The notes: generated by a model not told the origin, from the sequence alone. Positions 1 to 9,825 are shown, counted from the stretch's first letter. The stretch: DNA of 64,000 bases from Pseudomonadota bacterium (GCA_021798115.1 JAJZYM010000001.1:44421-108420); one strand, 5' to 3'. Made by a program: numbers and translations.

Positions 1-1080
1 CTCATGGATCCAAATCATATCCAGATCTCGGCGCAGGTTTTCAATCCAACGGACGATTTCCCGGGCCTCCCAACCGGTGTGAAACAGATAGCGCTGACAG
101 ATACCGACTTCCGGTGCGATTGTTGCCAAGCTTTGCAGTTGCAGGAGATCGGAAGCGAAATCGACCGGACAGTCCGGCCAGCGAGACAAAAGCTCCCGTG
201 CACGAATACACGCGTTCCGATAACGGCAAAGATATTGAAAAAAGACTTCAATGATCTTCATGCTCTCGCGATTGATGGCGAAAAAGCTCATATCCTCGAT
301 GCAAAGCAGATCTCGACTGTGCCCCTCCTCTCCGTGCACATGCACGCTCAAGTAATGGTGGAGGCGTTCCAGTTTCAGGTCCATCAGCTGCTGACTACGA
401 CCTTCGGACAGCGCGGCACGGGCCACCGGATCGCCCCCGTCCCACTCCGACACACGTCCCAACGCAGCCAGCTGGCGAGGCCGGGGCTCCTTGGCCTCCC
501 ACGAGAACCAAGCGGCGACTTGGACCCCGACCAACTGATTGAGAAAGTAAAGGATCTTTCTCAACAGCGGTGGGTCCAGCACGCCTTGCCGCCGGCGCAG
601 GTCGTCCCGCAATTCCCGCAAGGCGCTCCGCACCGAAACCGGTTGGTACAAGAGACTCTGCTCCAGACGATCAAGGGAGGTGCGCGTGACATAAAGGTCG
701 TCTGCCAGCTGGCGTAGGCGGGTGGTGGTGATCTCTTCCTGCAAGGCGCGTCGGGTTTCTTGGCGTCTCCAGGCGGAGGCGTACTCGGCACCGATGAGGG
801 TCACCAAGAGGGTGCCGGCAGCGGCGGGAAGGAGGACGTCCGTCGGATAAGGATGCCACCAAGAAGCGGTGGTGAGAACCAATGTAGCCAGAGCTCCCGG
901 CAAGAACTCGTAACGCAGTGCGATGAGCAAAGGAACGAGCACCAGCCAAGGGAAAGGCTGGTGCAGCAGTAGCGGATCCCACGGAACCAGAAAATGGGTG
1001 ATCAGGAGGGCCACGGCCGGAAGCAAGATTGCTTCCAACCAGCCCTCCCTGCGTCGCGGGATCGCCGTCAAGAGACGCAT
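1..1080 (-). CDS. pelD: PelD-like c-di-GMP receptor (4 TM helices then cytoplasmic GAF/GGDEF-like region); partial, continues beyond the window start
   Basis: ATG at 1080 lies 2 nt after the pelC stop. The translation MRLLTAIPRRREGWLEAILLPAVALLITHF... has N-terminal TM helices. Its position after pelA-pelB-pelC matches the pel operon order. The plus-strand ORF 4..717 is its antisense artefact. Confidence 0.55.
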   Translation of the reverse strand, partial: MRLLTAIPRRREGWLEAILLPAVALLITHFLVPWDPLLLHQPFPWLVLVPLLIALRYEFLPGALATLVLTTASWWHPYPTDVLLPAAAGTLLVTLIGAEYASAWRRQETRRALQEEITTTRLRQLADDLYVTRTSLDRLEQSLLYQPVSVRSALRELRDDLRRRQGVLDPPLLRKILYFLNQLVGVQVAAWFSWEAKEPRPRQLAALGRVSEWDGGDPVARAALSEGRSQQLMDLKLERLHHYLSVHVHGEEGHSRDLLCIEDMSFFAINRESMKIIEVFFQYLCRYRNACIRARELLSRWPDCPVDFASDLLQLQSLATIAPEVGICQRYLFHTGWEAREIVRWIENLRRDLDMIWIHE

Positions 1081-1082
1081 GC

Positions 1083-1619
1083 TCAACGCGCCAAGACGTG
1101 ATCCAGGAGCCGCTGAATCAAACGCTGAGCCACACCTCCCGTCCCCCTGGACCCTAGGCTACCGCCGTGGGCGCTACCCACGCCGCTCCACACCACACGA
1201 CCGTTGGCCACATTCACCACCCAGAGGGTTATGGCCACTTCCGGCTCGGCGTTGATGCCGGCACGGTATGTCCATTCATCCACGCTTCCCGTCAAGGCAT
1301 AGCGGGCACCGTGGCGACGGGCAGACGCCAACGCCTTGGCGTACTCCGTTTTCCAGTTCCCGCCAAACAGGACCTGAGTGCGGGTACTGATGGGAAGATT
1401 GCCGACCACGCGCTGATCGTCACTCTGCAGGATTCCGGCAGCCAGAGTGGCGGCCCGGGCATTGGCCATGGGCGTTCCGGTGTTGTTGATGAAGGGAAGT
1501 ACCGCCCAGATCACATCCCGTGTCTTGGGCAGCGGCTTCGCCGTGTGTAGATCCATACCCGCACAACCCGAAAGCAGTGCCGTCAGGCCCAAAGTCACAA
1601 GCACATATCGCCATCTCAT
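1083..1619 (-). CDS. pelC: PelC outer-membrane lipoprotein
   Basis: 178 aa with a lipobox (LLSGC) signal peptide. Size and position between pelB and pelD fit PelC. Confidence 0.6.
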   Translation of the reverse strand: MRWRYVLVTLGLTALLSGCAGMDLHTAKPLPKTRDVIWAVLPFINNTGTPMANARAATLAAGILQSDDQRVVGNLPISTRTQVLFGGNWKTEYAKALASARRHGARYALTGSVDEWTYRAGINAEPEVAITLWVVNVANGRVVWSGVGSAHGGSLGSRGTGGVAQRLIQRLLDHVLAR

Positions 1620-1644
1620 CGTTCACTCCTCACTGTTTAGAAAA

Positions 1645-4600
1645 TCAAAAATAAAAGCGGTATCCCATCTTGAAAATCTGTTGATTGACGGCCAGGCCAC
1701 TGTTTGCCTGACCTTGGGAAAAACCGATGCGTAGACGGTCGGGGCCAAAGACCGGCGTACTGAGGCCGGTATCGAGCTGGTATTGGAGCCCAAAACGGGT
1801 ATTCTCATAGAGGAGAACCGCTACGTAGGGTGTCCAGTTGCTGTGGAGGGCACGCGTCCAACGGCCCCATTGCAGGCGCATGCCGATATCGCTGTTGGTC
1901 CCAGGTAGCACCGTATCAATGTTGCGTGCACCGGGGACCAAACTTTGCGCCACAACGCCCACGAGCCGTCTATTACGTTGCATCCCATAGTAATCGATGA
2001 AAGGACCGACCTGCAGTTTCCAAGGCCCCAGACTGTGGCGCCAAAACAGCGACAACTCACCAACAAGCCCAGAGCCGAGATCAACACCGTCCTGGCCTTG
2101 ATATTGCCGCCAACCGGCTCCCGCATCACCCACCCAGGATCCCACCTGGTCCGTCCACTGTACTTGAAACTTGTTGACCATGCCCGCCACCGTCAGAGCC
2201 GGGCTCTCCAGACTGCTCAAGCTACGATCGTGGTACTGCCAAGTGGCCGTGAGCCCGCTGGTGTCGGACACCTGCCAGTAAGCCTTCACGCCCAAGGTCG
2301 GGTTGTTCCGCACCCCCTGATATTCGCCGAGCAAGACCTGGACCGTCCAGCGTGGGTGTTGCCAGTAGAAGCCCACGGCTTCGCGTCGACTCCAGACCGG
2401 CACGGCCAACAACTGTGAGGAGCTCGTCACCGATTGGTGCAGATCATCGACTCCAAAGAGAAGCCCCCAGTCATTCCCAAAAGCCAAGCGGCCGCGCAGC
2501 CGTGGACCCAACAACGTCAGGCCGTTGAAATGCAACCAGATCCCCGAGAGATCCAAATAGCTGGCACTCCGGCGCACAGCCCGTACATATTCCCGACGCA
2601 GACGCCGATCGTTGGGATTCATGCCCATCTCGGCCAAGGCATCGGTACGCGCCTCGTCATAGTGGCCCAGATCCATCTGGGCCCGCACGCGACCGCGAAT
2701 CTGCAACCGCTCGGGATGCTGCAAAAGCCGTTCCAACTCGGCGTTGTCGGGACGGTGCAGAGCCAGACTCAGCTTGGCCCAGGCCGGGTCGGGTCGGGGG
2801 TTGGTTTCGATGAGGAACTGGGCCAATTCCCAATCCCCCTGCGCCATGGCCCATGAAATGGCGGGCAGGTAGTCGCCGCGCCGGGCTGCGGCCGAAAGCA
2901 CACGAAGAGTGGTATTCCCGACACTCGGTAACGAAGAAAGGCTGACGGCCAGGGCATGCAGGGGATGGCGAGAGACAACCAATGTCTTCCCGGACGCGGC
3001 GTGGGAGCGGGCCACGACACCCGAACCACCGCCGACATCTTCGCCGGAGCTCCGGTTGCGTGACGAGACGGTGTCTTCCGGAGTCGTCGGATCGACGACG
3101 GATCGTGACACCGGATCTTCCGGGACATAGCACTGGGCACCCCCCTCGGTCACCCGTGCACTGACAGATCCGGACGCGCGCCGAACCGTGTAAACCTTCC
3201 GCTTCCCGCCGTGGTTCTCCCACTGTTGGTCCAGCCGACGCAGACTGAGCCACGCCGCCTGCCAACGCTGCGACCAGGCCAGCCCCGGATCTCCATTCGC
3301 CGCCCAAAGACCCGCTTGATTGAGCAGGTCGGACACGGAGGTGTTGTGTCCTCTCGACCCCTCACTGAGGCTCAGGTCAAGCGCCGCACGATTCCGCCCA
3401 ATACGCTCCAAAGCATCGACAACCACATCGTGCAATCCTGGCGGGGGGTGGAGAGCGTCGTCAACCAAGAGAGCACGCAGGGTGCGTCTCTGATAATGGT
3501 CGATCAACATCCACATGAGGTTGCTCTCGGCCACCTCATCTCCGGGATTGAGTTGGAGCACCCGGGCGTACGCCCGAGCGGCCAGACCGTAATCGCCTTG
3601 AGCGTCGGCCCATTGTCCCACGGCCATCCAATAGGCGGGGTAATGACGGATGTTGTCGACATCATGAACGGAAACCTGCCGCAGAAGGTCTCCCAATTGC
3701 CGCCAATTTTGTATAACACCCGCGTAATAGAGCGCTTCGAAATAAAAGAGAGGAAGACGATAGTGCTGCCATCCCTCCTTGGCGATGTACATCGCTGCTC
3801 TTGCATTCCTCTTTCCATTCAGGAGGACCAAGCGCTGCATATCGTACTGACTGGTTGCGCCCAACAAGTACAGAGTCTTTTCCGCCGACAAAGCAGCCGG
3901 GTTGTTGTATATTTTCCAGGCGATCACGGCGTACAGCTTCCAAAAGGGAACATCGTTGAGATTGACCAACGAGCGGACCCTTTCCAAGGCTTCAAAGGCG
4001 AGGCGGTAGTGCCCCTGCATCGACAGAAGCCGCGCTTCCACCAAGGCGATATGAGGCGTCGAGCCGTACAATCGCGCGCGACGCTGCAAGGCGGCCAGAC
4101 TTTGATTGATCCGACCCAGCTCGTAGCTGAGGTAGGTCTTTTGCTCCAAAAGGTAGCGACGTGGTCCACCGCGCCGCAAGGCCTCATCGACATCGGCCAG
4201 GGCTTTGCTCGGTTCCCCCAACGACCCGTAGGCAAAAATCAGGGATTTCCATTCGGCGTCGCTGAGGGTGGCAGTCCGGGCCCCGGGGCTGAGGAGTTGG
4301 ACCACCAAATCCGGGCGAGACAGGCTCAGGGCCAAGGTCACGGCTTTCCGGATGGCGGCCGCGTCGCCGTGTTGGGCGAGCCAGAACCACTGAGTCAGCA
4401 CCTGCTCTCGTTGCCCCAACCAGAGAGAGACCCGGATGAGACGCCGGCGCCAACGTCGATCGTTCGGACGTTGCAAGACCGCGGAGTAGGCCAGCCGATA
4501 CGCGTCTTGCAACCGGTGACTCTGCAGGAAGACGCTGTAAGCAAAATCGTAGAGCTTGGCCGAATACCGGCCGGGAAAGGGCTGCACGACCAAGGGAGCG

Positions 4601-4851
4601 ATATACCAAGAAGGCGAAACACCGCCCTGATTCAGGTAGCTCATGCCCTGGCCGGTCTTCTGGTGTTGCAGCAAGGCGGCCGCGTAGGCGTCGGCGTTCT
4701 CCTTCCGCCGCAGGTATTGGGCTCGCCATTGTGCATCGTCGGAAGCCAGGCTGCCCGGAGCGGTCCACCAATCCCGCGGCACACAGATCGGACGGGCTTG
4801 TGCCGCAAGCGGGATCAGAAGGCAGCAAAACAAAACAACCTTGCGTTTCAC
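1645..4851 (-). CDS. pelB: PelB C-terminal portion: Sec signal peptide, TPR repeats, disordered linker, C-terminal beta-barrel porin ending in Phe
   Basis: GTG at 4851 overlaps the TGA of the upstream TPR gene (GTGA). The start VKRKVVLFCCLLIPLAAQARP is a classic signal peptide. TPR-like repeats fill the middle and the C-terminus ...FKMGYRFYF has the OMP signature. The long ORF 1645..5586 is an in-frame upstream extension that overlaps the TPR gene in another frame. Confidence 0.6.
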   Translation of the reverse strand: MKRKVVLFCCLLIPLAAQARPICVPRDWWTAPGSLASDDAQWRAQYLRRKENADAYAAALLQHQKTGQGMSYLNQGGVSPSWYIAPLVVQPFPGRYSAKLYDFAYSVFLQSHRLQDAYRLAYSAVLQRPNDRRWRRRLIRVSLWLGQREQVLTQWFWLAQHGDAAAIRKAVTLALSLSRPDLVVQLLSPGARTATLSDAEWKSLIFAYGSLGEPSKALADVDEALRRGGPRRYLLEQKTYLSYELGRINQSLAALQRRARLYGSTPHIALVEARLLSMQGHYRLAFEALERVRSLVNLNDVPFWKLYAVIAWKIYNNPAALSAEKTLYLLGATSQYDMQRLVLLNGKRNARAAMYIAKEGWQHYRLPLFYFEALYYAGVIQNWRQLGDLLRQVSVHDVDNIRHYPAYWMAVGQWADAQGDYGLAARAYARVLQLNPGDEVAESNLMWMLIDHYQRRTLRALLVDDALHPPPGLHDVVVDALERIGRNRAALDLSLSEGSRGHNTSVSDLLNQAGLWAANGDPGLAWSQRWQAAWLSLRRLDQQWENHGGKRKVYTVRRASGSVSARVTEGGAQCYVPEDPVSRSVVDPTTPEDTVSSRNRSSGEDVGGGSGVVARSHAASGKTLVVSRHPLHALAVSLSSLPSVGNTTLRVLSAAARRGDYLPAISWAMAQGDWELAQFLIETNPRPDPAWAKLSLALHRPDNAELERLLQHPERLQIRGRVRAQMDLGHYDEARTDALAEMGMNPNDRRLRREYVRAVRRSASYLDLSGIWLHFNGLTLLGPRLRGRLAFGNDWGLLFGVDDLHQSVTSSSQLLAVPVWSRREAVGFYWQHPRWTVQVLLGEYQGVRNNPTLGVKAYWQVSDTSGLTATWQYHDRSLSSLESPALTVAGMVNKFQVQWTDQVGSWVGDAGAGWRQYQGQDGVDLGSGLVGELSLFWRHSLGPWKLQVGPFIDYYGMQRNRRLVGVVAQSLVPGARNIDTVLPGTNSDIGMRLQWGRWTRALHSNWTPYVAVLLYENTRFGLQYQLDTGLSTPVFGPDRLRIGFSQGQANSGLAVNQQIFKMGYRFYF

Positions 4852-5705
4852 GATGGCCTCGGCGTGCCACGCTGCCGTAATTCCCGATAAAGCCATCGCG
4901 CCGCCAGATCGGGTCGATCGGCCGCCAGAGCTAGGCGAGCCATGAACATCACGACTTGACGATCCTGCCAGAGTCTTGGTGCTCGTGCGAGAAGCGCCCG
5001 GCACCGGGCCAACGCGACAACGGAACCGAGCCCACCCTCCAACCACTTCGCTCCCTGGAACAGGAGGGCTTCCTGCCAAGACGGATTCCGTGTCTCCGCC
5101 GCCAGATCCAGGAGAATCTGAGCCGCGGCGGCGGGATCGCCTTTCGCGGCCAAAGCCAAGGCCGCCTCCCGACGATCCTGCCACGACAACGCCGGATCGG
5201 CCAGGGCTGCCTGTTCCCAAAACCTTGCGCTGAGCCCATAGGCCCCTACGGCAGAAGCCCCTTGGGCCAACGCCCGCCACTGCTCCGGCGTCCAGCCGCC
5301 GAGCTTGAGCATGCCGTCCAGTATTGGAAGCGTCCCGGCTTCCGCTCGACGACGCCGGGGCGATTGGGGAGGGATGGCCAGGGTTTGTGCCTGCGCGATC
5401 TGCCACCTTATCCAGCGAGCCGAACGGTAGAGGGGATTCCCCGGGTTCGCCAGGATCGGGGCAATCAGCTTCTGAGCGTCCCTGTATTGCCCCCCCCGCA
5501 TCATCAAGGCGGCACTCTGCAGTTGCGCCCGAGCTTCCCCGAACGAATCGCTGAAAGTTCGGAAGTTTGGCCAACCGTACTGCCAAGTCACGGCCAAGGC
5601 TCCCACGAAGACCAGCAAAGCAAACAAGATCAGGCTCGTGGGGCGGAAGAGACGCGTCCGCGTCTCAGAAGCGCGACGAGACACAGCGGGCTTGAAGTCG
5701 AACAT
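4848..5705 (-). CDS. membrane-anchored TPR protein corresponding to the N-terminal segment of PelB (split pelB)
   Basis: ATG at 5705 (MFDFKPAVSRRASETRTRLFRPTSLILFALLVFVGALAVTWQYGW) gives one TM helix followed by TPR-like repeats. The ORF ends with TGA at 4848-4850 overlapping the GTG of the downstream PelB portion. It overlaps the pelA 3' end by about 40 nt. Confidence 0.5.
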   Translation of the reverse strand: MFDFKPAVSRRASETRTRLFRPTSLILFALLVFVGALAVTWQYGWPNFRTFSDSFGEARAQLQSAALMMRGGQYRDAQKLIAPILANPGNPLYRSARWIRWQIAQAQTLAIPPQSPRRRRAEAGTLPILDGMLKLGGWTPEQWRALAQGASAVGAYGLSARFWEQAALADPALSWQDRREAALALAAKGDPAAAAQILLDLAAETRNPSWQEALLFQGAKWLEGGLGSVVALARCRALLARAPRLWQDRQVVMFMARLALAADRPDLAARWLYRELRQRGTPRPS

Positions 5706-8502
5706 GCAGGGCGGTGCTCCGCAGTTGACCAGTGCGGGCCAGGGAGACGGGCTTGCCGTCGAGGAAGATTCGGCAATCCTGAACGTTGGCCACCCGTGCA
5801 CGGACCGGGACTGTACCGTCCAGCCGTGCCGCGAAGCCCAAGGCATTCTCTCGATAGTCCGCAATCGCCGCGTTGGCACTGACGATGTAGGGACGCTTCG
5901 GAGGTCTTGGCTGCAAAGCAAGGTAGACTGAGTCCTGCCCGTCCGTGTGCACATACCAACGTCCGTTGGGAGAGGCATCGTATCCGGCTATGCCCTCGCT
6001 CTGCCTCAGATCGGGGTAGCCGAGCTCCTTGGGCATGCGCAACTCGCGTAACGCCCGGGCCCCGCCGATCCAAAAGCCGTGTCCCTGTCGTGCAATGCGA
6101 ATCGTGAAGAAATTGTTGGCGATCTTCGCATACTCGGCCACGTAGATCGGGGTGATGGGTCGGGCCACAACCCAGTTGTAGACCTTCTCCAAGGCCGAGA
6201 GGGACGCCAGCTTTGTGGCGCTGTACCAGTGAGTGTAGATGTCGATGGGCTTGAGGCGGTGGGGTTTGTCGGTCATTTTGAGAGTTTGGATGACGTCGAT
6301 GAAACCCCAATAGGGTCCGTGCCATTGATTGGTAAAATAATCCTCGTTGGCATCGGGTGCGAAAACCTGAAGCCATTTGCCCCGGAAAATCCCGATGGGC
6401 GGGACGGCGGTGATACTCGGGTTCTGTTTGCTGATATAGCTGTTACCGCCGTTGATGTTTTCCAGCCCGGCCTTATAGGCCAAGCCCACGACCTGAGCGT
6501 CGGGGGCGCAGTCGCCCGACCACTGATCGATCACCACCCGTTTGCCCGGCGGTGCCAGATGTTTGTCGATCCATCGGGCCGCACCCACAGCTTCCATGTA
6601 AGGGCTGAACTTGTAGCCCGGAACCGGAAGATTGATGCCGGGAAAATCCTCTCCCGCTTCAATAGCCGGCCAGTTGAAGGGATGGGACCACATGTGCGAA
6701 CCGATCTCGACATACGGCAACCGGAAGACCTCGCGGGCCACACGCACACCCAAAGGCGCGATGGCGGGGTAGAGACCCCGATCTCCCGGCAGCAAATCAC
6801 CGACGATAACCGAGCCGGTAAAAGGCAGACGGTACTTCTTGAGGATCCGGTCCATGTAGACCTGGCCGGCAATGTGGTAGGGGGGGAAATCAGCCCGACT
6901 CAAGAAGCCATCGCCATCCGTGTGAGCCATGAACAAGCGACGTCCGCTCTCGGTCGTGGTATCGGGCACCGGCATCTTGGGCAAACGTAAGGCTTGCCGG
7001 TAGAGGGCAAAGGGGTCGACCAACCATCGAGTGTCCCGGTTGGGCAGAGTCGTGAGCACGTACGGGCTCAGCACATAGCCGCCCCAGGGGGTAATGGCCG
7101 CGGCATCCTCTTGGGCACCCCTACGGTTCCGCAATTGCAACCAGATTCGACTCCCGACGGGAGCCCGAGCAACAAGAAAATCTCGGGGATCGGGCGTGAC
7201 AGGCATCTCATAATTCATGCGCGACGACGCATGCCGCAGATGCAGGACCCGCACGCGCAGGGAGTGGAACTTTCGCATCCCCAGCGCCTGAAACGCGCGG
7301 GCATCCAGATCGGCCTGGAATCCTCCCATCAAGAGAACAGGTATCCCCTGCTCTTTGGCAACGCGAATCCATTTCGAGAGGGAGGCCAGGTCCTCCACCG
7401 GGTCGCCGTCACTCCAGACCATGATTCCGGCGTACTCACCGGGCACAGGGGGGGGCGGCATCCCTTGGGAGAAACGCCGAAACTTTGGGACATATCCCAG
7501 ATATTCCAACGGCATGATCCCGTACGCGAAGGGGGTGCTGTACTCTTCCGATTGCGCGCTGTCGTAAAGGATCAGGACCTTTCGTGGCATCGGCTCACGG
7601 AGCCCTGCCCCGACGGCGGTGAGCTCGGGATTGCTGACGTAAGGGATGAACCCTGCGGCACGAATCCGTTGGGCATCCCGCCACCAGCCGGTGCGATTGA
7701 GTGTCGCCGGCATATAGTCGAGGACAATCGCCCGCAACCCGTAGCCCTGGGCTTTGTGTAGGTTCCGCAGCAACACCCTGCGCGCCGCCTCCGAAACATG
7801 AGTGAAACGGCGATCCGCCTGCTTCCAACCGCGATACAGAGACTCGGCAAGAACCGCAACGAGGTCCTGATGAATTTTCGGGAGCACGGCAAAGCCGCGA
7901 TTGGCGATGAGTTTGGCATCTGGGTGCGCGGCCTTGATGGCCTTGATCAGCTCCACCAATCCTTTTTCCTGAGCAATACGAGCCTCTCCTTGGGTGGCAG
8001 CATCGTAAGAGTCCAACGTGTCGAGAAAGAAGCCCCGATACCCTTGGCGCCAAACGGGATCAATCACACGGTGGAGCAAATAGTTCCTGCAACGGTCCTT
8101 GGCCAGGTCAATGATTTGTCCACCCCAACTGCGGTTACGGCCCAAAACACAATCGACCGGCATCCGAGCGTAGCGGGAGTCGCCGGGCACGGTCTGACCG
8201 AGACTGATATAGGCAAAGACTAGTTGCCGACGGAAATCCTGAGGCAACCGTTGCTTGCCCGGATTGACGACGAGCCAATCGAAATCGCGAAAGGCCGCCG
8301 GGACCGGCCCCGACCCATAATAAAGGCCGACACTGGGAGATGATGCCTGGGGCGCAGCCCAGGCAACGGCACACCAAGAAACAGCAACGGCGCACCAGCA
8401 ACTCCAAACAAAAACGCACCACTTACCGCTGGGCCGTCGAGATCGAGAGAGATTTCCTGTTGCGTGGACCTCCCGATCCGAGACAAATTTTTCACTCAAC
8501 AC
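5665..8502 (-). CDS. pelA: PelA (GH114 glycoside hydrolase plus polysaccharide deacetylase, multidomain)
   Basis: About 946 aa. The N-terminal region has a GH114-like TIM-barrel (…IANRGFAVLPKI…) and the rest is long and multidomain. A signal-peptide-like segment WCVFVWSCWCAVAVSWCAVAWAAPQ is present. The first ATG at 8595 sits in AT-rich, atypical codons, so the start is more likely GTG/TTG near 8502. The start is uncertain between 8502 and 8595. Confidence 0.65.
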   Translation of the reverse strand: MLSEKFVSDREVHATGNLSRSRRPSGKWCVFVWSCWCAVAVSWCAVAWAAPQASSPSVGLYYGSGPVPAAFRDFDWLVVNPGKQRLPQDFRRQLVFAYISLGQTVPGDSRYARMPVDCVLGRNRSWGGQIIDLAKDRCRNYLLHRVIDPVWRQGYRGFFLDTLDSYDAATQGEARIAQEKGLVELIKAIKAAHPDAKLIANRGFAVLPKIHQDLVAVLAESLYRGWKQADRRFTHVSEAARRVLLRNLHKAQGYGLRAIVLDYMPATLNRTGWWRDAQRIRAAGFIPYVSNPELTAVGAGLREPMPRKVLILYDSAQSEEYSTPFAYGIMPLEYLGYVPKFRRFSQGMPPPPVPGEYAGIMVWSDGDPVEDLASLSKWIRVAKEQGIPVLLMGGFQADLDARAFQALGMRKFHSLRVRVLHLRHASSRMNYEMPVTPDPRDFLVARAPVGSRIWLQLRNRRGAQEDAAAITPWGGYVLSPYVLTTLPNRDTRWLVDPFALYRQALRLPKMPVPDTTTESGRRLFMAHTDGDGFLSRADFPPYHIAGQVYMDRILKKYRLPFTGSVIVGDLLPGDRGLYPAIAPLGVRVAREVFRLPYVEIGSHMWSHPFNWPAIEAGEDFPGINLPVPGYKFSPYMEAVGAARWIDKHLAPPGKRVVIDQWSGDCAPDAQVVGLAYKAGLENINGGNSYISKQNPSITAVPPIGIFRGKWLQVFAPDANEDYFTNQWHGPYWGFIDVIQTLKMTDKPHRLKPIDIYTHWYSATKLASLSALEKVYNWVVARPITPIYVAEYAKIANNFFTIRIARQGHGFWIGGARALRELRMPKELGYPDLRQSEGIAGYDASPNGRWYVHTDGQDSVYLALQPRPPKRPYIVSANAAIADYRENALGFAARLDGTVPVRARVANVQDCRIFLDGKPVSLARTGQLRSTALHVRLQARCVSSRF

Positions 8503-8840
8503 GGAGTTTGCCTGAGCCGCCTCACGCTCCACATCAGTCTCCGCATCTAGAATAATCCTATATTTGAAATGATACCATACCATACTTTTGTCCAAACCCA
8601 GGGGTGGGCGGACCTTAAGGAATCTCCCAACATTCTTCCCATCACCCTCTCATGATCGATATTTGAAAAAATACACATCCCCGGAGATCATCGACCATCG
8701 AATTTCTATTCAGAGGAATAGACACACCGCCGTTCGATATCCATCGCCTCAATCCCCGAGAGAGGGAGAGGCGATGGCCGCGTTGTTCAGGACCTTCTCT
8801 GCGTTAAGGCCCCCCGATTCATAGAGCTCGAGGGCTTCAT
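8503..8840 (-). promoter_or_regulatory. AT-rich putative pel operon promoter/leader region with two ATATTTGAAA direct repeats exactly 100 bp apart (8560-8569 and 8660-8669)
   Basis: A marked AT-rich island in a ~67% GC genome lies immediately upstream of pelA. It carries a repeated 10-mer. No sigma factor consensus could be assigned confidently. Confidence 0.3.
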
Positions 8841-8842
8841 GC

Positions 8843-9698
8843 GTGGCCCATCCGATTGATTTCGAGGTCCTCCCGCGCGACGTCTCGCGATCCACAGCCG
8901 CCTTGGGTGGGAAAGGGCTCCATCGACTTATTGAGAGATCGGAGTGCCGGACGGCCACCACCGCCACAATCACCGGTGTCGTGGATCATCGCGGTCCCTG
9001 GCTCACGACACACGAAGGGATGCGTCATCTTTCTTGTTGGGGCTGAAGTAGCCAAGGGGCTCACAGGGCTCTATGATGGCTACGATGTATCAAGGTAAAA
9101 GCCGCCTCAGTCCCCGTCAGCAAAGCAAGCTGATCGAGCATGTTGTGGCGGGCAGCACGGCGCCTCCTGCCGCTGAGATCGTCGGCGCTCGGCCCAACAC
9201 CGCGATCCTCTTCTTCATGCACCCGCGCCCGCTGCCCGTCCGCAAGCTCCCGAGCTATCGGCTCTGTGGCGAGGGGGAGGCGGATGAGAGGGGCTTCGGG
9301 GGTGTGCGCAAGGGCAAGCGAAGCCGCGGCGCGGCAGGCAACGTGGTCGTCTTCGGGCTTTGAAGCGGAGCGGGAAGGGTTACACCGCCATCATCGCCAA
9401 CGCCCGAACCGAGACGGTGCGGCCTATCCTTCAGGAGAAGGTCGAGCCTGACAGCATCGTTGATGCCGAGGCGCTCGGCGCCTTCAATGCGCTCGATGCA
9501 TCCGATTTCCATCATCGGCGAACCAATCACCCAAAGCGCTTTACCATGCGGCAGAATCCCCAACAACGGCATCGAGAATTTGCGAACCAGGACAAGCGTC
9601 CGATGCGCAAGTACAGCGGGATCAAACCGGAGTACTTTTACGGGGTTTTGAAAGAGTGCGAGTGGCGTTTCAATGGAGGCAATCACTCACAGCCCTGA
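8843..9698 (+). pseudogene. IS1595-family (ISXO2-like DDE) transposase remnant, disrupted by several frameshifts
   Basis: Fragments spread over three frames reassemble into IS1595 transposase motifs: GFGGVRKGKRSRGAAGNVVVFGL / KRSGKGYTAIIANARTETVRPILQEKVEPDSIV... / ...NGIENL... / ...KRPMRKYSGIKPEYFYGVLKECEWRFN. These correspond to KRGRGAAGK..VFG, TDE..Y, HINGIENFWS and YL.EFEFRYN. No intact ORF or terminal inverted repeats were found. Confidence 0.6.
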
Positions 9699-9825
9699 AG
9701 CAGCTAAAATCCTGGGATAAACAGGCAAAACACGAGCCTTTCGCTTAGCTACCTCGGCTCCAAAAGCAAAGAGTGTTGGAGCACGCTTTGCTTTATACAA
9801 TTTATTATTTTTATCATATTTAGTT

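Noticed and set aside
4-717. 237-aa plus-strand ORF at the window start
   Set aside because: It is antisense to the PelD-like gene. Its composition is Arg/Gln/Pro-rich with no motifs, and the minus-strand frame gives a coherent membrane protein.
3211-4890. 559-aa plus-strand ORF
   Set aside because: It lies entirely antisense within pelB. Long stop-free antisense frames are expected at about 67% GC, and it has low-complexity Gly/Pro/Arg composition.
1645-5586. Full 1313-aa extent of the pelB ORF
   Set aside because: The upstream 245 codons are Gly/Ser/Arg low complexity and overlap the TPR gene in another frame. The GTG at 4851 with a signal peptide and GTGA coupling is the credible start.
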